A program made the position numbers and the translations under genes. Source: Vulcanimicrobiota bacterium (GTDB taxonomy: Bacteria > Vulcanimicrobiota > Vulcanimicrobiia > Vulcanimicrobiales > Vulcanimicrobiaceae). Taken from it: a DNA stretch of 64,000 nucleotides. Shown piece after piece: positions 35,321 through 45,006 of this stretch (position 1 is the first letter of the stretch; every line of letters begins with the position of its first letter). The notes below the pieces were generated by a model. The model was given only the letters and a program-made list of their open reading frames with translations. It did not search any database and had not been told where the DNA came from. The stretch lies in NCBI GenBank assembly GCA_963826325.1, contig CAWGWT010000004.1:6031-70030 (forward strand), written 5' to 3'.

Positions 35321-36871
35321 GTGGTCTTGCTGTGTTGCGCCGCTTGCTCGCACGTAGGGAGCCGGCATACCTCCGGCTCGACTCTCACCTTCAGCGGCCT
35401 CGCAGGCGAACCGGATTCCTTGAATCCCTTACTCTCCAACGAATCCGACGAGCTTAACTTCAGCCATCTCTACATGTCGTATTTAATCGAGAACGACAAT
35501 CGCGGAAACGAAATTCCCAAAATTGCTTTGCAGGTCCCGACGCTTGCAAATGGTGGCATCTCGCGAGACCAGCGGACGCTAACGTACCACCTCCGGCACG
35601 GCGTTCGCTGGCAGGACGGCCTCCCATTGACGGCGCGCGACGTCGTCTTTTCGTATCGTGCGGTCGTCAACCCACGCAATAACGTGGCGACGCGTGTGGG
35701 GTTCGAAGAAGTCGAGACGATCCGCGCGCCGGACGAGCGCACCGTCGTGGTCCGTTTACGCCGGCGATTTTCGCCTTTCGTTCAGTATTTCTTCGGCCCC
35801 CAGGGCGTCGGCGCGATCATGCCGGCGCACCTGCTGCAAGAGCGTGCCGACCTCAACCGCATTGCGTACAACGAACGTCCCGTCGGATCGGGACCTTTTC
35901 GAGTGACGCGATGGCGACACGGCGACAGCGTCACGTTGGCTGCCAATCCGTTCTATTGGCGCGGCAAACCGCAGATCGATCGCCTCGTCTATCGGATCAT
36001 CCCCGATCCCAACACGCGGCTCGAACAGTTGCGAACCGGTGAGGTCGACGCCTATTTTGACGTGGACCCTGCGCTTTTACCGCAGGCGCAATCGATCCCG
36101 GGGGCGCGCCTCGTGCTGACCCCCGTCAATGATTTGCACGTCCTGCGCTTTAATCTTCGCGACCCGATGCTGGCCGAGCTCTCCATGCGCCAAGCTATCG
36201 CGATGGCGATCGATCGCCGGACGCTGGTTGCGGCCGCTACGCACGGCAGCGGCCTCATCATCGATGCCGACCAGCCGAGCAACGGCTGGGCGTACGACCC
36301 TGCAACGCCCGCGATTCGCTACGATCCTGTTGCCGCGAAACGGCTGCTGGCAGGCCGTTCGCTCGATCTGACACTCGCCATCGCTCCGCAGATTATCAAC
36401 GGCTCGCCGCTAGTCGCTGCCATTCTCCAAGAAGATCTGCGGCGGATCGGCGTGCGCGCGATCATCAAGCAATATCCGAGCAGCATGTTTTACGGCCCGG
36501 CGGCGCAGGGAGGCATCTTGGCCGGCGGACGCTATCAGCTGGCTTACGATGCGTGGTGGGTGCTCGGGAGCGATCCCGACGATTCGTGGCAATTCGCGTG
36601 CAGTCAATTGCCGCCCGCCGGCCTCAACTATTCGTTCTGGTGTAATCCGGGCGCGGACGCAGCGATGCGCGACGCGCTCTCCACGGTCGATCGGATGCGC
36701 CGTGAGGCCGATTTCGCCGTCGTCCAACGCGCTATCGCTCGCGATCTTCCCATCCGGACACTTTGGCAAGTCCGAGTCCCGAACGCCTATAGAACGTACG
36801 TGCACGGCATTGCGCCGGCTCCGGCGGGCTCTACTTTTTGGAATGCCTGGAGCTGGCGAATCGATCGCTAG
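35321..36871 (+). CDS. ABC transporter substrate-binding protein (family 5, peptide/nickel type)
   Basis: Intact paralog of the 31400-33028 gene (...[17 protein letters not shown]...). From GTG 35321 only 8 residues precede the lipobox Cys, so the true N-terminus is probably upstream (see findings). Confidence 0.85.
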   Translation: MVLLCCAACSHVGSRHTSGSTLTFSGLAGEPDSLNPLLSNESDELNFSHLYMSYLIENDNRGNEIPKIALQVPTLANGGISRDQRTLTYHLRHGVRWQDGLPLTARDVVFSYRAVVNPRNNVATRVGFEEVETIRAPDERTVVVRLRRRFSPFVQYFFGPQGVGAIMPAHLLQERADLNRIAYNERPVGSGPFRVTRWRHGDSVTLAANPFYWRGKPQIDRLVYRIIPDPNTRLEQLRTGEVDAYFDVDPALLPQAQSIPGARLVLTPVNDLHVLRFNLRDPMLAELSMRQAIAMAIDRRTLVAAATHGSGLIIDADQPSNGWAYDPATPAIRYDPVAAKRLLAGRSLDLTLAIAPQIINGSPLVAAILQEDLRRIGVRAIIKQYPSSMFYGPAAQGGILAGGRYQLAYDAWWVLGSDPDDSWQFACSQLPPAGLNYSFWCNPGADAAMRDALSTVDRMRREADFAVVQRAIARDLPIRTLWQVRVPNAYRTYVHGIAPAPAGSTFWNAWSWRIDR

Positions 36872-37656
36872 CGCGTTTGCGTCGAGATCAGATCGCGCAT
36901 CGGGCTCGACGCGTCGGCGTAAAGGCGCTTCTCCATTCGCCCGGCCAAAAAGGCCTGGCGACCGGCGACGACCGCGTGCTGCATCGCCTCCGCCATTAGA
37001 ACGGGATCGCGCGCGCGCGCGATTCCCGTATTCATCAAGAGCGCGTCGACGCCAAGCTCCATCGCGATTGCCGCATCCGAGGCCGTTCCGACGCCTGCGT
37101 CGACGATCACCGGAACGGCCGATCGTTCTTTGATGATGCGGATCGAGTACGGATTGCAGACGCCCAATCCGCTGCCGATCGGCGCGGCGAGCGGCATGAC
37201 TGCCGCGCACCCTACTTCTTCGAGCTGTTTGCATGCGACCGGATCGTCGCCGATATAAGGCAGCACGGTGAAGCCGTCTTTCACCAACTGCTCCGCCGCG
37301 ACCAGCGTCTGCCGAGAGTCGGGGTGCAGCGTCTGCGGGTCGCCGATAACTTCGAGTTTCACGAGATCGGTCTCGAGCAGCTCGCGGGCGAGCTGTGCGG
37401 TGAGCACCGCTTCTTTCGCCGAGTAACATCCGGCGGTGTTGGGAAGAATCGTATAGCGATCGCGGTCGATGTAATCGAGCAGCGTCTTCCCTTCCGCGTT
37501 GTCCAAGTTGATGCGGCGAATAGCGACCGTGACCATTGCGGCGCCGCTGGCTGCGTGAGCGGCGCGCATCACCTCCATCGAAGGATATTTTCCGGTTCCG
37601 ACGATCAATCGCGAGCCGAACTGATACGCGCCGATTCTGAAACTATCGCTTGTCAT
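36868..37656 (-). CDS. thiG: Thiazole synthase
   Basis: ATG 37656 gives [24 protein letters not shown]..., the normal ThiG length (262 aa). Confidence 0.95.
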   Translation of the reverse strand: MTSDSFRIGAYQFGSRLIVGTGKYPSMEVMRAAHAASGAAMVTVAIRRINLDNAEGKTLLDYIDRDRYTILPNTAGCYSAKEAVLTAQLARELLETDLVKLEVIGDPQTLHPDSRQTLVAAEQLVKDGFTVLPYIGDDPVACKQLEEVGCAAVMPLAAPIGSGLGVCNPYSIRIIKERSAVPVIVDAGVGTASDAAIAMELGVDALLMNTGIARARDPVLMAEAMQHAVVAGRQAFLAGRMEKRLYADASSPMRDLISTQTR

Positions 37657-37666
37657 GACGACCCGT

Positions 37667-37868
37667 CTAGCCTCCGGCAACCGCTTCAATGATCTCGACG
37701 CGGTCGCCGTCCCGTACGAGCTGCCTATCGTACTCGGCTCGGCGCACCACGCGATCATTGCGCGCCACGGCGATACCGCTTCGCGCGGACCCAAGCAACT
37801 CGAGCAGAGAGCCGATGGTCAGCTCGTTGGGTAGATCGGCGGGACGGCCCGTTGATCGTAGCCTTCAC
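37667..37868 (-). pseudogene. thiS: Sulfur carrier protein ThiS, one extra base
   Basis: The C-terminus ...[14 protein letters not shown]-stop is present. GTG 37868 overlaps the thiO stop (GTGA) and reads VKATING. The conserved remainder ([19 protein letters not shown]...) is in the +1 frame. The span is 202 nt, which is 67 codons plus 1. The switch lies in the GGG run (plus-strand CCC at 37848-37850). Confidence 0.7.
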
Positions 37869-39009
37869 GCGTGAGTTATTCGCTCAGCGGGGACTTCTTC
37901 CGTGCCAAAGCGAGCAATCAGAAACGGCGCGAGGGGCTCGACGGTGTCTTTTTCGATCGCGTCGGCGATCAATCGCGCGGTCGCCGGGGCAAGCAGAATG
38001 CCGTTACGATAATGGCCGCTTGCCAAAAAATACCCTTTGATTGGCGTAGGCCCCAGCAAGGGTAATCCATCAGGAGTTCCCGGCCGAATCCCGGCCCAGC
38101 TTTCGGTTATCGAAAAGCCGGCGAGGGCCGGTGCGGCGCCGAGCGCCGCGTGCAGGAGCTCGTGGACGCCTTGCGCCGTAACCCGTTCGTCGAATCCGAC
38201 CGATTCGACGGTCGCGCCGATGAGCAGCCGCCCGTCGTCGCGCGGCACAAGATAGGCTCCCGGAACCCAGGTAGCCCGCTGCACGAAGCCGACCGGAACG
38301 GCCAAGGCAACCATCTGTCCTTTCACGGGTTCGATCGGAGGAACGCAGGACTGCGGGACGCCCGCAAGCTGCGCAGCCCAGGCGCCACACGCATTGACCA
38401 CGGCGCGCGCGGCGACGAAACCTCGATCGGTGCGCACGCCCAGCACGCGGCGCGTATCGCATTGCACGGCAATCGCCGCACTCCGCTCCCAACGCACGCC
38501 TCGCCCTTCACATGCGGCGGCCAGCGCGCGTCCCAAGCGGCGATTGTCGACGTATCCTTCAGACTTCTTCAGCAGCCCGCCGAGAAGCGCGCCGCCCAGC
38601 CACGGCTCCGCGGCAAGCGCGCTCCGCGATCGAGCATCGCGCAATCGATGCCGCGCGCCTGCAGCGCGCGTGAATGCTCTTGCAGCGCCTCGAGACCATC
38701 CGACTCAAACGCGGCATAGAAAACGCCGGAAAGCCGGAGCTGCGGATCCACGCCGCTCGCATCGCGGACGCGTTGCACGAACGCGGGGTATTCTTGGAGC
38801 GACGCCGCGCAGAGTGCGAGCAGAGCTTCATTCGTAATGCGCTCGGTGTATGGAGCGAGCATCCCCGCACCCGCCCAAGACGCCGCGTGTCCGGCCTCGC
38901 CCCGATCGTACAGCCGCACGCCGATCCCACGTTCCGCAAGCTCGAAAGCGATCGCAAGCCCGATCAATCCTGCGCCGACGACGATGACGTCGCCATCGGA
39001 ACGGTTCAC
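37865..39009 (-). pseudogene. thiO: Glycine oxidase ThiO, one frameshift
   Basis: ORF 38569-39009 (N-terminus with the FAD motif VIVVGAGLIGLAIAFELA) and ORF 37865-38644 (C-terminal part) are collinear. The switch lies between 38569 and 38644 (...IDCAMLDR / SALAAEPWLG...). Confidence 0.85.
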
Positions 39010-40662
39010 CTACATACCGAGATAGACTGGGCCTTCGCCGCCCTGCGGCGGCACCCAGGTGATTATTTGATATGGGTCGGCAATGTCGCACGTCTTGCAA
39101 TGCACGCAGTTCGTGAAGTTGATCTGAAGGCGCCCCTGGAACTTTCCGTCGACCGGTTCGAACATAGGCTCGTAGACTGCAGCCGGACAGAAGTCCCGGC
39201 ACGGATTTCCGTACTCGACCGTGCAGCGCTCGCGGCAGATATTCGTATCCGAAACGATCAAATGGCACGGCTGGTTCTCTTCGTGCATCGTGCCGCTGTT
39301 ATACACATCGGTCAGTTTATCGAAGGTCAGAACGTTGTCGATTGTCGCGCGCGGCGTTTGCGGCGCATTCCAGCCCATCTTCGCCATCCGCGCGTATCCC
39401 GGTTCGCCTGCGAGTTTGTCGATGAATCCAAAGCCGGCGCCGCCGGTGATCGTCGCGAGGCCGGCGTTGAGCAATCCCGGCAGCAACCCGTTGCGGAAGC
39501 CTTGGTGGAAGTTGCGCGACGTTCGCAGTTCGGCGTATGCCCACGACCCCGTAAAGCGTCGCTCAAACGAAGACAACGTTGCGCTGTCGTAACGCTCCAT
39601 CTGCAACGCTTCCCAGATGGTTTCGGCAGCAAGCATGCCGGATTTCATGCCGAGATGAATGCCTTTGAGTCGCATGCCGTTCAAGAAGCCGGCGGAATCT
39701 CCCACGATCAAAAGTCCATCGGCATACGGGCGGGGCATCGCAAAAAGTCCGCCTTCGGGAATCGCCTTTGCACCGTACCGAATCAGCTTTCCGCCGTCAA
39801 GCATGCGCGCGATCGTAGGATGCTGCTTCATTCGCTGAAGTTCGTTGTGGGGATCGGTCGTTGGATTCTGGTAATCCAGACCGGTCACGAAACCGATGTC
39901 GAGAATGTTGGCCGCCATGCCATAGATGAATCCGCCGCCGAAGGTCTCCGGCCCAAGCGGGTACCCCAGCGTATGGATCACTGCCCCTGCCTTGAAACGA
40001 TCGTCGGGAAGCTGCCAGAGCTCTTTGACGCCGGCGGCGTAGACTTGCGGCTGCCGTCCCTCGTGCAAATTCAGACGCGACATGGCCTGCTTTGCGAGGC
40101 TGCCGCGAGGCCCTTCGCCGAGCACGACTATTTTCGCCATGATATCCGCGCCCGGTTCGTAATTCGACTTGGGTTGACCGTTGTGGTCGAGTCCCTTGTC
40201 GCCGGTACGCACACCCATGACGCGATTCTCGTGCCAGAGCAACTCCTGACCGGGAAAGGCGGGAAAGACTTGCGCGGTGTGCTCCTCGGCGACGTCGCCC
40301 AGCCATTTGCAGATCTTCTGTAACGATGCGACGTATTTGCCGTGATTCTTGAGCGGCGGCGGGGTGAACGGCGCTTTGATTTTGCTGCGCGACGTTAGAA
40401 ACCACAGCTCGTCAGTGGTGACCGGCGACTCGACCGGCGCGCTTTCCCGCCAATTCGGCAGGAGCTCGTCGAGAGCGCGCGGGTCCATGACCGCTCCGGA
40501 GAGCCCGTGGTGTCCGACTTCGCCGCCCTTTTCGATCACGAGGATCTCGAGCGCACGACCGGCTGCTTGCGCAAGTTGACCGAGTCGAATCGCGCCGGCA
40601 AGATTCGCCGGGCCAGCCCCGACGAAGAGAACGTCGACGTCGAGTCGATCTCGTTGCGGCAT
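39010..40662 (-). CDS. Electron transfer flavoprotein-ubiquinone oxidoreductase (ETF-QO)
   Basis: FAD motif VLFVGAGPANLAGA and a C-terminal 4Fe-4S ferredoxin-like motif (...CPAAVYE...CVHCKTCDI...WVPPQGGEGPVY). The stop TAG directly abuts the thiO GTG start. Confidence 0.9.
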   Translation of the reverse strand: MPQRDRLDVDVLFVGAGPANLAGAIRLGQLAQAAGRALEILVIEKGGEVGHHGLSGAVMDPRALDELLPNWRESAPVESPVTTDELWFLTSRSKIKAPFTPPPLKNHGKYVASLQKICKWLGDVAEEHTAQVFPAFPGQELLWHENRVMGVRTGDKGLDHNGQPKSNYEPGADIMAKIVVLGEGPRGSLAKQAMSRLNLHEGRQPQVYAAGVKELWQLPDDRFKAGAVIHTLGYPLGPETFGGGFIYGMAANILDIGFVTGLDYQNPTTDPHNELQRMKQHPTIARMLDGGKLIRYGAKAIPEGGLFAMPRPYADGLLIVGDSAGFLNGMRLKGIHLGMKSGMLAAETIWEALQMERYDSATLSSFERRFTGSWAYAELRTSRNFHQGFRNGLLPGLLNAGLATITGGAGFGFIDKLAGEPGYARMAKMGWNAPQTPRATIDNVLTFDKLTDVYNSGTMHEENQPCHLIVSDTNICRERCTVEYGNPCRDFCPAAVYEPMFEPVDGKFQGRLQINFTNCVHCKTCDIADPYQIITWVPPQGGEGPVYLGM

Positions 40663-40668
40663 CGCGGG

Positions 40669-40947
40669 CTAGTGTCCCGTAACGGATGGATTGATATCGC
40701 TGTTTCGAGCGCCGGTGCCGTGAGCGCAAGGCGCGACGAACGACAATACCCGCAACGGTATGGGAGTGAGGAGCAACGAAGCGGGCGCGGCACCGCCGCC
40801 GAAACCCGCAGGGCCGGGCGCCGCTTGGCAAATGTCTGCGTCACTCATCGCTCGCATAGCGCTGGCGCTATTGTCGCTCTTCATTCCTTGCCCTTTGCCA
40901 AGCGGCATTCCGGCATCGATATCAATCCCTCCGTTACGGGCCACTAG
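40669..40947. repeat. 279-bp element bounded by 31-bp inverted repeats (29/31 matching) with nested internal hairpins; MITE-like or a structured RNA
   Basis: The left arm CTAGTGTCCCGTAACGGATGGATTGATATCG (40669-40699) is the near reverse complement of 40917-40947. Inner inverted repeats lie at 40820-40832 / 40894-40906 (13 bp), 40856-40862 / 40865-40871 (7 bp) and 40713-40720 / 40788-40795 (8 bp). Confidence 0.7.
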
Positions 40948-41702
40948 TTAAACGGGATGGAAGCGGAATCCTCAATCCATGTCCATAGCGCGGCGAGCGC
41001 CGCGAGCACGGCGGCGCGGTGCATCGCAAGGCGCTTCTCCCACGAAGCCGCCGACGGCGTTTCAAACGTCAACGCGCAGCGAGTACCTCCACGCGCAAAT
41101 GCCAGCGAATAGGAAAGGCCGCCGAGCAGCCCCGCCTCGGTAAAGGGATCGGCAATGACGCGCCCCCGTTCGCGCACGCATTGCGCGTCGTCCAGCGGTC
41201 CGGCCAAACGCAGCGTCGTATCGAGAGGATCGATTTGGAATCCATCCGCGTCGAGGGCTGCGATCACGCAACGGCCGATAGCGCCGCCGCCGTATTCGTA
41301 GCAATAGAAACCGGCAGCATCGCAATCTTCGTGCAGGTCGAGCGAGAGCGCAAACACTCGGCCGTGATTTGCCTCGAGCACTGCGCGAGCCTCCGGCGAC
41401 GTGCCCGTTCCATCAAACGTGCGATTGACGTCGAGGCCGTCAACGCTTGCGCGCGTTCGAGATTCGAAGCCGGTGGGATTGGTGCAAGGCCAGATTCGAT
41501 AGTTGAAGCGAGGATCGAGCGCGCGTGCTTCGAGCAGGTTGAGCAACGCCCAGGGGCCGGCCGGCTCGTCACCATGAACGCCGGCGGCGATCGAAACCGC
41601 CGGCCCAAGCGGATCGCCGAGTTCAATGCAGAGCAGCATGCGGCCGGCATCGGGGCAAGCGATTTCATCCACGCGCAGTGCATCGCCGGCGCGCAACCTC
41701 AT
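40944..41702 (-). CDS. M14-family zinc carboxypeptidase / succinylglutamate desuccinylase-aspartoacylase family protein
   Basis: Motifs GVHGDEPAG, NPTGF and DLHED. ATG 41702 is preferred because 41774 would overlap the divergent ltaE start. Confidence 0.7.
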   Translation of the reverse strand: MRLRAGDALRVDEIACPDAGRMLLCIELGDPLGPAVSIAAGVHGDEPAGPWALLNLLEARALDPRFNYRIWPCTNPTGFESRTRASVDGLDVNRTFDGTGTSPEARAVLEANHGRVFALSLDLHEDCDAAGFYCYEYGGGAIGRCVIAALDADGFQIDPLDTTLRLAGPLDDAQCVRERGRVIADPFTEAGLLGGLSYSLAFARGGTRCALTFETPSAASWEKRLAMHRAAVLAALAALWTWIEDSASIPFN

Positions 41703-41761
41703 GCATCGCGCCCGGAGCTCGCGGTAGGTTCCACCCGTTGGATTCACGGAACCTAAGACCC

Positions 41762-42799
41762 ATGGAGCTCTCATTGCGTCGCAGCTTCGCCAGCGACAAC
41801 AACGCGCCGGTGGCGCCGGAAATCATGCAGGCCATCATGGATGCCAACGCCGGAGATGCGATCGGCTACGGCGAGGATGCTTGGACGGCGCGCGCAATCG
41901 AGCGCTTTAAAGAGCAGTTCGGTGAGCAAACCCAAGTGTTTTTCACATTCAACGGCACCGGGGCCAACGTCGCCGCGCTGAGTTCGGTGCTGCGTCCCTG
42001 GGAAGCGGTCGTCGCCGCGGCCAGCGCGCACCTTCAAACCGACGAATGCGGCGCGCTCGAACGGTTCAGCGGATCGAAAGTGATTCCGATTCCGACCAAG
42101 GACGGGAAGCTGCGACCGGCCGATATCGAGACGCATTTGCACGCCGGACGGGACGTCCATTTCCCGCAGTTGCGCGCCATTTCGATCTCGCAAGCCACCG
42201 AGTTCGGCGACGTCTATGAGATCGAGGAGCTGGGCGAGCTCTGCAACTTCGCCCACGAGCGCGGCTTGATCGTCCACGTCGACGGAGCGCGCCTCGCCAA
42301 CGCTGCCGTCGCACTCGGTGCGACGCTGCGGGACGCGACGGTCGAGGCCGGCGTCGACGTGTTGAGCTTCGGCGGTACGAAAAATGGATTGATGTTGGGC
42401 GAAGCGATGTGTTTCTTCAAGCCCAACATCGACGCCGGCGCAGCCCCGTTCGTTCAGAAGCAATCGATGCAGCTTGGCTCGAAAATGCGCTATCTCGGCG
42501 CGCAGCTCGGTGCCTTGCTGACCGACGAGCGCTGGCGGCGGTACGCCGCCCACGCTAACTCTATGGCGTCGCGTTTGCACGATCGCGTGCGAGCGATTTC
42601 CGGAATACGCGTGACGCGTCCCGTCCGCTGCAATTCCGTTTTCGTAACGCTCGATCGCACCGCGATGGAAAAAATTCGGCGGCAGTACTTCTTCTATGTT
42701 TTCGACGAGTCGCTGCCGGAGGTTCGTTGGATGACGCACTGGGCCACGACCGCGCAGGACGTCGACGAATTTGCCGACTTTTTAGAGCGCGCAGTCTAG
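41762..42799 (+). CDS. ltaE: Low-specificity L-threonine aldolase
   Basis: ATG 41762 gives MELSLRRSFASDNNAPVAPEIM.... The family motif ...FGGTKNGLMLGEA... is present. Confidence 0.85.
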   Translation: MELSLRRSFASDNNAPVAPEIMQAIMDANAGDAIGYGEDAWTARAIERFKEQFGEQTQVFFTFNGTGANVAALSSVLRPWEAVVAAASAHLQTDECGALERFSGSKVIPIPTKDGKLRPADIETHLHAGRDVHFPQLRAISISQATEFGDVYEIEELGELCNFAHERGLIVHVDGARLANAAVALGATLRDATVEAGVDVLSFGGTKNGLMLGEAMCFFKPNIDAGAAPFVQKQSMQLGSKMRYLGAQLGALLTDERWRRYAAHANSMASRLHDRVRAISGIRVTRPVRCNSVFVTLDRTAMEKIRRQYFFYVFDESLPEVRWMTHWATTAQDVDEFADFLERAV

Positions 42800-43755
42800 C
42801 CGATCAGTTGGCTGAACTTATCGAGGTCGATATTTCCGCCGGAGACGATCGCGACGATCGGGCCATCGCCTGCCTTGCCGGTCAGCGCGGCTGCGAGCGG
42901 CAAGGCGCCGGCGCCCTCCGTGATGATGCGAATCTTCTCGGCCATCAGGCGCATCGCGCTGCGTACTTCATCGAGGGTGACGACGATGACGCCATCGAGA
43001 ACCGGCTTCATTCGCTCCCACATTCGCGGAAATACGCTCTGCCCGCCCGCGCCGTCGACGAAAGAGGCGGTCCAGCCGTTAAAAACCTGAGGCGAGCCGG
43101 CGGCGAACGACGCGGCCGCGGGTGCGGCCGTTGAAGGTTCGGCTCCCCACACTTTGATTTCCGGCCTGAAGGCGCGCACGGCACTACCGACGCCCGTGAT
43201 GAGTCCGCCGCCTCCGATCGCCGCGATGACTGCGACCGTATCGGGCGCGTCCTCGAGTATCTCTAGCCCCATGGTCGCGTGTCCGGCGATGAAGTTATCA
43301 TCGTCGAACGGATGAATGAACGTTCCCTCGACGCCCGGATAGGCACGATCCTCCAGCGCTTTCCAGCAGACCTCATACGGTGCCAGGACGAGTCGAGCCC
43401 CGAGTGCGCGCATGCGTTCGAGCTTTGATTCAGGCGCGGTTTCGATCGCGACCACGGTGCAGGGCACGCCCGCCCGGCGGGCCGCATAAGCCACTCCTTG
43501 CCCTGCGTTCCCCGCGCTGATCGTCCAAACGCCGCGGGTCCGCTCGCTCGGCTCAAGTGCAGCGACTGCATTGGCTGCGCCACGCAGCTTGTAGGCGTTG
43601 ATGGGCTGCAGGTTCTCAAGCTTGAGGCGTACGTCGGGACGGCCCGGCCCCAGCTCCAGCCGAACGAGCGGAGTCCGCACGATCGTTCCGGCGATGCGCG
43701 TACGCGCAGCCTCAATGGATTCAAGGTTGATTGGGCGGACCGAAGGTAGCTGCAT
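42796..43755 (-). CDS. PLP-dependent threonine/serine dehydratase family enzyme
   Basis: ...LKLENLQPINAYKLRGA... (PLP lysine context) and ...GGGGLITG.... Confidence 0.85.
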   Translation of the reverse strand: MQLPSVRPINLESIEAARTRIAGTIVRTPLVRLELGPGRPDVRLKLENLQPINAYKLRGAANAVAALEPSERTRGVWTISAGNAGQGVAYAARRAGVPCTVVAIETAPESKLERMRALGARLVLAPYEVCWKALEDRAYPGVEGTFIHPFDDDNFIAGHATMGLEILEDAPDTVAVIAAIGGGGLITGVGSAVRAFRPEIKVWGAEPSTAAPAAASFAAGSPQVFNGWTASFVDGAGGQSVFPRMWERMKPVLDGVIVVTLDEVRSAMRLMAEKIRIITEGAGALPLAAALTGKAGDGPIVAIVSGGNIDLDKFSQLIG

Positions 43756-43758
43756 AGA

Positions 43759-45006
43759 TTACGCCGTCCAATCGAGCATTGCGTTCCATTCAGGTTTGGG
43801 GAAGCGCTGCTTCGATTTGATCGCCTCGACGTACTTGCGTTTGCCGGCGCGATTGCCCTTACCGAGCATCAGGCCGCCGACCAAACGATCCTCCCAGAAA
43901 AATAGTGCGCGATACCACTTCTTCTCGCGATCGACTTTGCGTGCGATTTCGAGGTCTTGGCGTAAATCCGTTCCGAGGCCGAATTGCGTGATGGTCTGTC
44001 CCTTGAAGAGGAGCGACGAATACTCAGGCACATCGTGATACTTTTCGCTGCCGCCCATCATGTTGAGCGCGACCACCTTGCCGTGCGCTCCGGCGTTGTT
44101 CCACGTCCCCATGCGGTATCTGATTTCGAGAATCGGGTCGTAAAAGTCGGCGACGTCGCCCGCCGCGTAGATGCCTCTCACGTTCGTCTCCAAATGGTCG
44201 TCGCAGAGAATTCCGTTCTTGCTCGTCTGAATGCCTGAACCGTCACAAAGCTCGGTGTTCATCGCCAACCCGAAACCGTAGGCATAGCACTCCGCGGCGA
44301 TTTCCGTGCCTTTGTTCGTGCGAACTTTCGCAATTGCACCGTTAGAGCGCACGAACTCTTCGACTTCCTCGCCATAGTGCATGTGCACGCCGTCTGCCGC
44401 CGCGGCCTCGTGAAGCAGCTCGCCGGCCTCCTCGTCGATAATCCGATGCAACCCGCGCGGGCCCCGCATGAGCCAATGCGTCTCGAGCCCACGCGACGCG
44501 AACGCTTCGGCCAGCTCGTAGGCAATGAACGATCCGCCGATCGCCACGGCCGCGCGGCTCCGATCGATCTGTTCGGAAATCGCGCGCGTGTCGTCGAGGT
44601 ACTGAAAGGGAAATAAGTTGGCCGCGTTTTCCGAGCCCGGCTTGCCGGTCGGATTGGGTCGGCCGCCTGTCGCGATCAGCAGGGCATCGTATGGATAAGA
44701 TTTTCCGCCGGCCTCGACGACGCGCTCCTCTGGAGCGATGCGCTCGACGTGAGTTCTCAAATGCAGCGCGATCCGATGTTCCTCGTGCCAGGCGAGATTC
44801 CGGATCATGACCTTCGCTTCGGGGATCTGCCTTCGCAGCATCGGCGGCAGTGAGATGCGGTTGTAGAGCGTATAGGGTTCGTCGCCGAAGAGCGCGATCT
44901 CGCAGGCCGGGTCGTGCTTGCGCAGCTGCTCGGCCGCGGTTGTTCCCGCGAAGCCGTTGCCGACGATAACGTAGCGGCGAACGTCGTTGCCGGCCGCGCT
45001 ATCCAC
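43759..45006 (-). CDS. NAD(P)/FAD-dependent oxidoreductase (pyridine nucleotide-disulfide family)
   Basis: Two Rossmann motifs (YVIVGNGFAGTTAA and VAIGGSFIAYELA), plus ...AAGDVA.... Confidence 0.8.
   Translation of the reverse strand: MDSAAGNDVRRYVIVGNGFAGTTAAEQLRKHDPACEIALFGDEPYTLYNRISLPPMLRRQIPEAKVMIRNLAWHEEHRIALHLRTHVERIAPEERVVEAGGKSYPYDALLIATGGRPNPTGKPGSENAANLFPFQYLDDTRAISEQIDRSRAAVAIGGSFIAYELAEAFASRGLETHWLMRGPRGLHRIIDEEAGELLHEAAAADGVHMHYGEEVEEFVRSNGAIAKVRTNKGTEIAAECYAYGFGLAMNTELCDGSGIQTSKNGILCDDHLETNVRGIYAAGDVADFYDPILEIRYRMGTWNNAGAHGKVVALNMMGGSEKYHDVPEYSSLLFKGQTITQFGLGTDLRQDLEIARKVDREKKWYRALFFWEDRLVGGLMLGKGNRAGKRKYVEAIKSKQRFPKPEWNAMLDWTA

Noticed and set aside
38674-40323. 549-aa plus-strand ORF
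   Set aside because: It is antisense to the well-conserved ETF-QO and thiO genes. The product is Arg/His-rich low-complexity sequence with no recognisable motifs. This is a typical shadow ORF in GC-rich DNA.
40669-40947. TPP riboswitch upstream of the ETF-QO-thiOSG operon
   Set aside because: I looked on the minus strand for the CUGAGA and ACCUGAUCUGGAUAAUGCCAGCG-type cores. Only a vague AAUAGCGCCAGCG resemblance is present. A covariance-model scan is still advisable.
41771-42739. 322-aa minus-strand ORF (the ORF at 51553-52512 is a similar case)
   Set aside because: They are antisense to ltaE and to mqnB/mqnD respectively. Both are shadow frames.
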